Source of the DNA: Octopus bimaculoides
Lineage: Eukaryota
Length of the DNA stretch: 64,000 bases
NCBI RefSeq assembly: GCF_001194135.2
Contig: NC_068988.1
Coordinates: forward strand, 77,747,018 to 77,811,017
Direction of reading: 5' to 3'
Shown here in pieces: positions 12,215-21,652 of the stretch (positions are counted from its first letter, which is position 1; every line of letters begins with the position of its first letter). Made by a program: the position numbers and the translations under genes. The notes below the pieces were generated by a model that saw only the letters and a list, made by a program, of their open reading frames with translations, searched no databases and was not told where the DNA came from.

Positions 12215-14200
12215 GAAATTTATAGAAAAACAAAAGACAAAGACTAGTGTATGAACAACAAGCAAATATATTAGTTCGACACTCAGGAGAAATGAAAAAG
12301 TCTTTTATGTTTCGAGTTTACCCTCTTTAACAGAAAAGAATAAGAGAAAATAAACAGAGAGAATGAAAAAGTTTGTGTTGTTTTCAGTAGTCCAACATGG
12401 CGAATGTTTAGAAAAAAGAGGTTGAAAGAAAGGGATATAATAATAAAACAGGGAGATAATAGTAAAAATAGAGGTTGAATGAAAAGAAGATAATAATAGT
12501 GCTAGTGATCCCACCAAGAGAAGGTGTGTGCATGTGTATGCATGTGAGAACGGTGTGTGCGAGTGTGTTTGTGTGAATAGGGGCAAATGACTCTGATGTA
12601 TGTGAGTGTGTGCGTGTGTAATGTGTGTGTGTGTGTGTTGGGTGTAGCAGTTGATGTGTGCACATGTGTGTATATGTGTGTGTGTGTGTGACCAAACTGT
12701 GCATGTGCATGGAGTATGTATGTGGGTGAAAGTTATCTTTGTCTATGTATTTTGCATGTGTTTTGTGTGTTATGTGTGTATGTATATATTGTCTGGGTTC
12801 AGGTATTATGTGCTTGTGTGGGTGTGGGAGTGTGCATGATTGTGTGTGATGTGTGTACTGTGTTAAACAGTGAGTGTGGTTGCTCATATAGTGGTATTCG
12901 TGGTGACACTATTGAAGATTGTGTGTAGGTGTGTGAATGATGGTGTTTGTGGTATTGGTGCTGAGAAGTGGTCAGTACCATGTATATGGAGTGGTGTGGG
13001 ATTGGTGTCAAATGAAGAGAGGCGAGGTTGATGTCAGATGAAGAGAGGAGGTGAGTTGAGCCCATGTGGTGCAAAGGAGAGGAGATTAATTCCTATTCAC
13101 GGAGGAAGCGGAAGTCTGGGTAGACCCTGTGCAAAGACAGTCCAAACACAGACAGATGTTGTAGTGAATGACCGGTAGAGTGGAAATGGCAAGAGAACAG
13201 GCTGTCATTGCCTAGTCTCATGTCTCAGAGGTGCTCTGTGAACCTGTCAGCCAAACAGCATTGCATTTGACCAATGTACAGGGAAGTACAGAGAGAGCAG
13301 GAGATGCAGTAAATGATGTTACTAGAAGTGCCGGTGAAGATGTTGGTGATGTTATTGGGACAATAATGGGTGCCTGTGAGGATGGTGGTTGTTGGAGAGG
13401 TAGGGGCAGGTGCAACAGTATGGGTGAGAGCAGGAGAATGAGCTAGGCTGGGAGGTGGGGTTAGGGAAGAAACTGTGGACCAGGAGATCATGCAGGTTAT
13501 GGGCTCATTTGAAGGAGGAAAGGAGTAGGTTGGGAATATATGCAAGGTGCAGGGGTTGGACTGGAGTCGCCAGAAGGCTTGGAGAATGGTGCATTGGAAG
13601 GGCAGTGTGAAGGGGTGGTGGGTGAAGGGAAATGGAAGATGGGCTACAGCAAGGCAGGTGCAAGGAAAATGAGTAGAGGCACAGTCCACAGATCATGCCC
13701 TGGCAAGGGCAGTGTGGATAGTGGTGAGGGGATATCTACGAAGGATGGTGTGGCGAGGCATGAGTTGAGACTGAATCTCAAAGTCATGGTTGTCACTGCA
13801 GAGCCAGGGGATGGAGAGCTTTGTGTGAGTAGGGCAGAAGGAAGAGAAGTTAAGGTAGGAGTGTGAGTCAGTGTGTGTGTAGTGGATGGAGGTAGTGAGA
13901 GTGGAGTGGTGTATGCTGACAAAAATGAAGAGTTAGAGATAGTGCAGGAGAATTCGAGGGTAGGATGGAAGGATTGGAGAAAAGAGAGGAAGGAGTCTAG
14001 TTGTTTGCAGGAGAGTAAAGTCGGACCGATAGAGCCAACACTATAACAACTGCTTAATTTGAGAGTGGGACCAGTGAATTGTGAGAATATCTGGGCCTCA
14101 GTGTAGCCAATGAACAGGTTTGCATAGTTGGGCCCATTCTCATTTCCATGGCCACTCCTGAGACCAATTGGTAAAAATCTCCCGCGAATGAGAAACGGTT
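12215..14200 (-). mobile_element. 5'-truncated Penelope-like retroelement (RT C-terminal half, GIY-YIG, 3' terminus)
   Basis: Minus strand: GVAM./RMGPNYANLFIGYTEAQIFSQFTGP (RT, ~14050-14160); LCSDNHDFEIQSQLM; FTGTSSNIIYCISCSLCTSLYIGQ...LADRFTEHL (GIY-YIG, ~13225-13340). Stops and frameshifts present. Confidence 0.85.
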
Positions 14201-14245
14201 GAGGGAGTGGTATTATGTATGTGTGTATGTATGTATGTATGTATG

Positions 14246-14290
<45 letters not shown>

Positions 14291-14384
14291 GTGTGTATGT
14301 GTATTATACATGTATATATATATATATATGTATATATATGCGCGTGTGTGTAGATATATATATATATATACATATATGTACATA

Positions 14385-14584
14385 TAGGGCTAAATAGTAG
14401 TAGCATTCTTCCCTTTCATAGGACTGTCACATCAAGTTGACAACATACCATCACTTTATCATGCTGTTACTGTATAAATCTCTGAGAGATTTAGAAATAT
14501 ATAATTTCTATTTTCAAAATCAGTGAATGTATTTCACTTGAAATATGTGTTTTCAAAGGTGAATAGGCATCAACAGCTAGCAAG
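14385..14584 (+). repeat. 343-bp unit, copy 1 (partial, up to the insertion site)
   Basis: Aligns to 19772-19971; starts abruptly in (AT)n and ends at CAGCTAGCAAG. Confidence 0.9.
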
Positions 14585-14824
14585 GCGATGCCCTTTCGTC
14601 TATGACATGGTGTCGTTTTCAGTTATTACCTGTGGTATGTGAGTTCATCTCCTGTTCTGTTATTGTGAAATTTTGTTATTGAAGATTTTATTGGGATTTG
14701 AACTGTTGTCCTGTGGAAAACTGTAATTTTCATCCTACAGGGTAGAAAATTTCTGTAAATTATTTATTGATTTGTGAATTTGTGAAGTAAATTTGTGAAA
14801 ATTTTTATGTTAACCAATGAAGTT

Positions 14825-16163
14825 ATGGACACTCAAGCAGCCGTTAGCTGTGCTACAGCAGCGGGAAGGGGTGTAAATAGCGACGTTGTGCAAGTCAAGG
14901 AAGTCAAGTTCGATGAAAGAAGACTTAAAAAAGCTAACGATCTAATTGCTAAAGAAGGAAACAGCCTGAGACTCCAAATGAAATATTGGAAGAAACAGCG
15001 AAAAAACAGTTGTTTATAGAACACTGTCAAATAGCAGCAAAAAAGTTGAATTAGCAACAATTGAAGAAATGGAGGAGTGCCTCAAGGAGGTGAAGCACCT
15101 TACCACGTACTACACCAGAGGCAAGAAGTATGGCACAGTGGAGGTACGGTTTGCAATTGAACAGGACGCAATAAAGTGCTCCACTGTGTCATTAAGGTCG
15201 GATGAGTGGGCACTACTGCCAACCTATTGTGGCAAACGTGCGGCCAGAATTAGGATTGGCAGAGTGCCTCCAGAAATTGATGAAATGTGGCTGGTGGTGG
15301 CAATTCTCTTCAACGCTGAGGAGGAAACCAATGTCCTGAAGGTCACGAGGACAACGGAGGTGAATTGTTTTGGATACAGTCTTGAGGTAATAGTCCAAAT
15401 TAACATCCCAGATCTGCATAAAATTGTGGATGAGATTGTGTTACCGGAGGACATCAAACTACAAGTGGTAGAGGAGGGAAGGCATCCCAACTGCTACCAG
15501 TGTGGGGTATGGGTCACATGCAAGCGAGGTGTCCCCACAAACAAGAAGTTGAACAGGAGCAGGAGGAGGTGGAGCAAGATGTGGTAGCACAAGGCCAGGT
15601 AAAGGAAGTAATGGAAGCAGCAGAAGCAAAACATCCAGTCGCAAAGAAAAAGTAATAGTGGGAGGAAAATGCATTATCACCTCCCAAAAGCCCACAGAAA
15701 AAGAGAAAAGGCAATTTGGAGGAGATGCAGATAGAAGGTGCAGAAGGAGCAAAAAAGAAAATTGTAGAAGAGAGAACAAACAAAAAAGAAAGCATGCAGA
15801 AAGGAAAAGAAGCAACAACGAGGAGTAGCAATAAGATGGACACACAAGTACCAGGAACAGTGGGAGAGATTGGAAATGGAAAGAGGAGGCGAAAAGAAGA
15901 AATTTGAGGAGGATGGTGGAATACAAGAAGAGTATAGAGATAGAGAAGAGAATTAGGAAGTTGAAAAATGTTATAAGAGTTAAGATAACGGGAAGTGAAT
16001 ATACAGAGCAGTTTTGCTGAAAAGTGATAGAGCGGATAAATTGAAAGAATTGTTCGGCGAGTGGATTGATTTAACGGCGTTGTGGTTTAAATGTGAGGTG
16101 TTGCCACCAGCGGTGGCATTTGAAGACATTGTGCAATACTTTGTCGATGAAAATAGTAACTAA
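14825..16163 (+). pseudogene. ORF1 of element A (gag-like; zinc knuckle, acidic/basic linker, extra C-terminal domain), frameshifted
   Basis: MDTQAAVS...KHLTTYYTRGKKYGTVEV...LLPTYCGKRAARIRIGRVPP...EGRHPNCYQCGV (CCHC knuckle broken by a frameshift)...KELFGE..LPPAVAFEDIVQYFVDENSN*. Confidence 0.8.
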
Positions 16164-16237
16164 AATTTGTAAAATTGAAATGCATTTTAAAAAAAAAAAC
16201 CATAAACTGTACACGAACATGAATTGCATAAACAGTT

Positions 16238-16645
16238 TTTAGTAGAAAGTGGGTTATACATCTTTAGATGTATACCTGACTTTCCTACTATAAAATTAGA
16301 ATATAACGGAACGCTGAACTCCAGACCATCAACTTAAACAACACTTTATTTAGGTGGTAAATATATACATCTTTATTTCTTGTTGTTACAGCTTCTGTGT
16401 ATATGAGCATAGTTGTTGGGACGTTGTTCTGTAGTTGTAAGCGAGCTGTCGAGCGTAAGTCCGAAAGATGTAGAGAGACAGCTTAACACGTAAAGAGACT
16501 GTCTCCAGGTTGGAGTATTAGAGACACTCTTGACACGTCCGTGCTCATGGTCGGCCGACCGTAAAAGAGAAAGATTAAAGCGGGAACGCTTGCTTGTTTA
16601 ATTCCACGCATGCGTGAGACTACGCATGCGCACGGCGTTACTACA
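16238..16645 (-). mobile_element. Solo LTR (Gypsy-like), 408 bp, 4-bp TSD AGTT
   Basis: Ends T(T)TAGTA...TACTACA (TG..CA inverted termini with one mutation); AGTT at 16234-16237 and 16646-16649; removing it restores alignment with the 3' UTR of element B; AATAAA on the minus strand. Confidence 0.8.
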
Positions 16646-16793
16646 AGTTAAATGACACTGTTTGCGTACGGGGCGCAAATAAGACATTTCATTTTTCTCA
16701 TTATATCGCTATATTCATATTCATTTGAATTTCGTTTTATGTACCCCACTGTATTGTGTTGTCTGTCTTTGTTTGTCCCTTCTTTCTAAGAGC

Positions 16794-17119
16794 TGTAGGG
16801 AAGTGGTTATACACCATTAGGTGTACACCGCTTCCGTACATTAAATTTCTGGAAGAAACAACGGAACGCAGATTCTGAACAACATAACAATATTTATTTA
16901 CAGTGGAATTCAGTTCACGCTTGGAGGGAATTCGGTAGCTCGTCGCCCTCGGTTACTGAGACGCCTCCTGAATGATTTCCGTGGTTATTTGTTATTTGTG
17001 AAGCTCTGGTGCTGACATGTGAGAGAGCTCTGTTGGACGTCTTGGCTCGACGGAGATCAGTCAACGAAGAGACTGAGAAAAGGCGCCAAAGCTGGGTGTC
17101 GAACTCTACGCATGCGCAT
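16794..17119 (-). mobile_element. Second LTR (related subfamily), runs into gap
   Basis: Begins TGTAGGGAAGTGGTTATACACC, similar to the LTR1 terminus; GCATGCGCAT motif; interrupts the 3' UTR after GAGC. Confidence 0.65.
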
Positions 17120-17387
17120 NNNNNNNNNNNNNNNNNNNNNNNNNNNNNNNNNNNNNNNNNNNNNNNNNNNNNNNNNNNNNNNNNNNNNNNNNNNNNNNNN
17201 NNNNNNNNNNNNNNNNNNNNNNNNNNNNNNNNNNNNNNNNNNNNNNNNNNNNNNNNNNNNNNNNNNNNNNNNNNNNNNNNNNNNNNNNNNNNNNNNNNNN
17301 NNNNNNNNNNNNNNNNNNNNNNNNNNNNNNNNNNNNNNNNNNNNNNNNNNNNNNNNNNNNNNNNNNNNNNNNNNNNNNNNNNNNNNN

Positions 17388-17738
17388 CCCCAGCTCTTAT
17401 ATTATTTATTAAATTCAGAAATACAGCAAACACGAGGGTCAACAGTAACAACAGATCAATAATTTATTCCTGGTTGGTGTAGAGCCGTTTGGTTCCCGGG
17501 TGAAAGGCATGCCGCTATAATACCAAAGGAAGCTTCGACCACATGTCGGGGTCGATGTTGTCAGAGAGCCTGGAAAACGTCCTGTCACGACGGTTGCTGG
17601 GTGAATAAGAGAGAACGCTATATCTTTATTCTCCACGTGTTGCATTGCGCATGCGTGCTCGGGTACTTCCGCTGACGGCAAATCCCTTGCACATGCGCAA
17701 TGGCACTTCCCAAGATGGCGGCCACACGCGCCACTACA
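17388..17738 (-). mobile_element. Third LTR (related subfamily), emerges from gap
   Basis: Ends GCCACTACA; contains GCGCATGCG and CAAGATGGCGGCC; its sequence differs from LTR2 at homologous positions. Confidence 0.65.
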
Positions 17739-17757
17739 CTTATAATAAAGAAAAAGC

Positions 17758-19619
17758 ACCTCTTTCGTCTGCAACATGTTGTTGTCTCCAATTATTACCT
17801 GTGGTGAGTTCGTTTCCTGTTCTGCTTATTGTAAATTTATGTTATTTTGAAGTGAAATACTTTAATTGAAATTGAACTGTTGTCCTTTGAAAAACAGTAA
17901 TTTTTGCCCTGCAGGGTGGAAAAATTTCTGTTAATTTTATTGTGAACTTTGATTTTTGCGAATATATTTTCTAGAAATTTTCTTGTCATTTGTGACAAGT
18001 GTAAAGCAACGAAGTAATGGAGACCCAACCAGCCGTCAGCTATACTGCAGCAACAGAAAGGGGTTTGAGTAACGATGTTTTGCAAGTGAAAGAAGTGAAG
18101 TTCAACGAAAAGAGATTGAAAAAGTCTAATGAGGAAGGAAACAGTCTGAGGCTGACCCTGCCAAAAGAAGCATTAGAGGAAACAGCTCAAAAACCTGTAG
18201 TGTATAGGATACTGTCAAACTCAAGTAAAAGGGTGGAAATAGCGACCGTTGAAGCAATGGAAGAATATCTAAAGGACATTAAACACCTAACGACATTCTA
18301 CACCAGAGGCAAGAAGTATGGCACAGTCGAGGTATGGTTTGCAACTGAACAGGACGCAATAAAGTGTTCCACAGTGCCATTGAGGTTGGAAGAGTGGGCA
18401 CTACTGCCAACCTACTGTGGCAAATGTGTGGCCAGAGTTAGGATTGGCAGAGCACCCCCATAAATCGATGAAGCGTAGCTGGTAGCAGCCATCCTCTTCA
18501 ACACGGAGGAGGAGACCAATGTGTTGAAGGTCACGAACAACAGAGGTAAACTGGTTTGGATACGGCCTTGAGGTGATGGTCCAAATCAGTTTACCGGACT
18601 TGCATAAAATTGCAGATGAAATTATGCTGCCAGAGGATGTTAAACTAAGAGTGGTAGTGGAGGGAAGACCTCCCATCTGCTACCACTGTGGAGTACGGGG
18701 ACACATGAAAGCAAGGTGTCCCCAAAAGCAAGAAGTAGAACAGGAGCAGGAAGAGGCGGTGGTGGAACAAGGAGTGGTAGCACTAAGCCAAGTAAGTGAA
18801 GAGATGGAAAACGTAGAAAAAAAAAATACTCAGTTGGAAAAAGAAAGAAGAAAAGAGATGAAAATGCATATTCACCACCAAAAAGCTCGCAAAAAGAAGA
18901 CAAAAGGCAACATAGAGGAGATACAAATTGAAAGAACAGAAATAACAAAAAAGAAAATTACAGAAGAAAAAACAAGTATGCAGAAAGGAAAAGGAAGCAA
19001 CAATTAAGAGTAAGAGAGAGATAGAGATGGTTGAGACACAAAAACCAGGAACGTCAGGAGAGAATAGAGACGGAAGAGGGGCAGGAGTACCGAAAGGAAA
19101 AAATGTGAGGACGTTGATAGAGTATAAAAAGAGCATAGAAATGGAGAAATGGATCACTAAAATGAAAAAAGTAATCAGAGTAAAATTATTGGGGCATGAG
19201 GATACCGAAGACAACAAGGCAGTTTTGCTAGAGAGAGAGAAAGTAGAAAGATTAAAAGAATTATTTGGTGAACAAATTGTAATAATGGTCCGATGTGACA
19301 AACTACCACCAGTGGTGCCATTTGACGACATAATAGAGTACATAGTAAATTGAAAGTAAGTGAAATTTTTAAAACTTAGAATAATATTTTAAAAGGAAAA
19401 CGTTGTAAAGAAGAATAATGAACTGTACGTGAATAATATGTTACTTAAACAGTTAAATGACACAGCCTGCATGAGGGGCACAGGTAAAATATTTTTCATT
19501 ATATCATTATATTCATAGTTTCATTCGATTTATGTTTTTTGTACCCCCATTGTATTGTGTTGTCTGTCTTTGCTTGTCCCTTCTTTGTATGAGCCAATGT
19601 GCTCGTAATAAAGAATAAT
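17758..19619 (+). mobile_element. ORF1-only (HAL1-like) element B
   Basis: 5' end CTCTTTCGTCT matches the start of A; ORF1; ~260-bp 3' UTR; AATAAA at 19607-19612; immediately followed by target sequence GCTAGCAAGCC. Confidence 0.85.
18017..19353 (+). pseudogene. ORF1 of element B (~440 aa reconstructed; 2 nonsense, 2 frameshift lesions)
   Basis: METQPAVSYT...RGKKYGTVEV...LLPTYCGK...VVVEGRPPICYHCGVRGHMKARCP (CCHC knuckle)...EYKKSIEMEK...LKELFGEQ...LPPVVPFDDIIEYIVN*. Confidence 0.85.
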
Positions 19620-19973
19620 GCTAGCAAGCCATGTTACTCCAGACTGATGATGAGCAATGGCTCTGTAACTAGTCTCTGGATGCTAGCTTTGCTGGGTGGA
19701 GGTGCTTATCTCCCCTTTGAAAACATAACGACACAAGAAATGTGTCAAGGCCAACAGGAAAAGGTGTTTCCTAGGGCTAAATAGCAGTAGCATTCTTCCC
19801 TTTCAAAGGACTGTCACATTAAGATGACAATATGTCATCACTTTATCATGCTGCTACTGTATGAATCTTTCTGAGAGATTTAGAAATGTATTATTTCTAT
19901 TTTCAAAATCAGTGAATGTATTTCACTTGAAATATGTTTTCAAATGTGAATAGGCATCCACAGCTAACAAGCC
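19620..19973 (+). repeat. 343-bp unit, copy 2 (complete, target site to target site); retrozyme-like monomer
   Basis: GCTAGCAAGCC at 19620 and GCTAACAAGCC at 19963; contains an HHR fold and many hairpins. Confidence 0.9.
19638..19680 (+). ncRNA. Minimal type I hammerhead ribozyme motif (GAAA>GTAA variant)
   Basis: TCCAGA-CTGATGA-T-GAGC-AATG-GCTC-T-GTAA-C-TA-G-TC-TCTGGA: 6-bp stem I, 4-bp stem II, palindromic ACTAGT stem III, GUC triplet (predicted cut after 19674). Confidence 0.7.
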
Positions 19974-20268
19974 GCGCCATTTTTCTTTGTGTCATTTTGA
20001 TTGCCACCATTGTTATGTGAGTTCGATTCTGGTTATTTGTTATTATAATTTGTTGATTACTGTATTGTCATTTCAACTATTGTCTGTGTGTTAACTGTAG
20101 TTTTCACCCTGCAAAGCCGAAAATACTGTTTAAAAAAAAATTTTGTCGTTGGAATATTGCTTTCAAAAATTTTTTTTTGTTTGCCCAGTACTGGGCGTTG
20201 TTTTTGTCAGTAATAACAAGCAACGAAAAATAGAATTTAACATTAATTCCAAGAAGGACTTCCCTGCA

Positions 20269-21652
20269 ATGGGAAATGACTGTACTACAAAGGATACCGA
20301 GGAAAAGACAAGTTTTTCTGCCATGGTTTGCAGCAAGGAGGTCGAGATGGAGTTTAAAATGGAACAAATGTACAATTTTAGAAACTTAATTTTAAAAAAG
20401 TGACGGCGAAACGAAGTTAATGCCGCCCCCAGAAACAGTAGCGGAAATAAATGCAAGAACAGTTGTATACAAAGTATACAGTGTAAAAAAAAAATGGAAG
20501 TAAAGAACGAGGTAGTTGAGACGTGCTTGGCACCAGTGTGGAATAAAATATGCTACGTTGGCTAAGGAATATGTAGTGCGACTGTGGAAGCACAGTTCCA
20601 ATCGGCCAACGTAGCTAAGGAAATATCTACAAGAACTCTAAAAAAACAACGAAATTATGCTGCTTCCCACTTATCTAGGTCACAGAATGGCAAAAATTGT
20701 AATTAAAGAAATCTTAGTAGGATACGAAGAGTTGTGGGTAGCGGCGGCAGTCATTTTTGATGCAGAGAATGAAGTAAATATACTGCAGATGACCAAAAAG
20801 ACACCGTAAACTGGAAAGGTCAAACGCTTCAATTGGTGGTTCAAGCCACCAATGAAACTCTTGAAAGTTTGCCTGACAGAATTTTTGTAGGGGAGGGACA
20901 TACAATTTGTGTGTTAGTAGAGGGACATAAGCCCCGATGCTTTAAGTGTGGACAGAAGGGCCACGTTCAGTCTACTTGTACCAAGAAAGAAAACACGTGG
21001 TGAAAGAAGCAGAAAAGCCAGAGAAAACAACAGGTAATGACAAAACAGAAAAAAAGTTAATAAGGGAAAAGCTCCGGAAAAGAACGAGGAGATGGAATTT
21101 ACCCAGGGGATACATAAAAAGAAAAAACAAATACCGTGGACTCTCCTCTCCAAACCAAAAAAATCTTACCATACAGACAACGTATAAAAAATTCTCTACC
21201 CCATCCCAGTGGTACTGTGTTTATTGGAACACAGTTTACCAAACCCCTCCCCATAAATCAGGAGGAAAAAGTAAAAAAAAAATGAAAAATTTATTTCATT
21301 CGACGCAAAAAATGAAAGAGCTTATAGATATATAAAAGCCCACTACCAAATAAAACTGTTAAGAAGAACGGTGGACAACAAGTCTGACGTTCGCTTTGCA
21401 AAGGTAGAGGAAGAGGCGTGGAAGGACAAGTCGTTACAGGAACGTTTACAGAACCAAGAGATAAAGGATGTAACACAGGATGTGGTGGAGGGCAAAGCGA
21501 TTTTTAGCCCAGCAGCCACACCAATCGAGAGCCCGGTGAAAAGCCCAGCGGCTACATCTACCAAAGGGAGAGAGGGGGAAGCAGGCAGACATAAACTGCC
21601 TTGCTCCCTATCGAAACTGTCAGTAGGTCCTTTTTTCTTCATCAATGTTTAA
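20269..21652 (+). pseudogene. ORF1 of element C (broken)
   Basis: LLPTYLGHRMAKIVIKEILVGYEELWVAAAVIFDAENEVNIL is homologous to A/B; knuckle VEGHKPRCFKCGQKGHVQSTC at ~20917-20979. Confidence 0.75.

Larger units (their letters stand above)
14585..17757 (+). mobile_element. ORF1-only (HAL1-like) Tx1/L1-derived element A, carrying 3 LTR insertions
   Basis: 5' UTR homologous to elements B and C; ORF1; 3' UTR homologous to B; AATAAAGAAAAA at ~17744-17755; no endonuclease or RT sequence. Confidence 0.8.

Noticed and set aside
16794-17738. LTR2 and LTR3 as the two ends of a single LTR retrotransposon
   Set aside because: Their homologous regions differ strongly, and the 268-N gap is too small for an internal region; two solo LTRs fit better, pending gap closure.
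19620-19730. Alternative readings of the unit hairpin as a C/D snoRNA (TGATGA), SECIS element or pre-miRNA
   Set aside because: There is no terminal D box or SECIS quartet geometry, and the hammerhead topology explains stems I-III and the GUC triplet together. A miRNA-like role cannot be excluded without reads.
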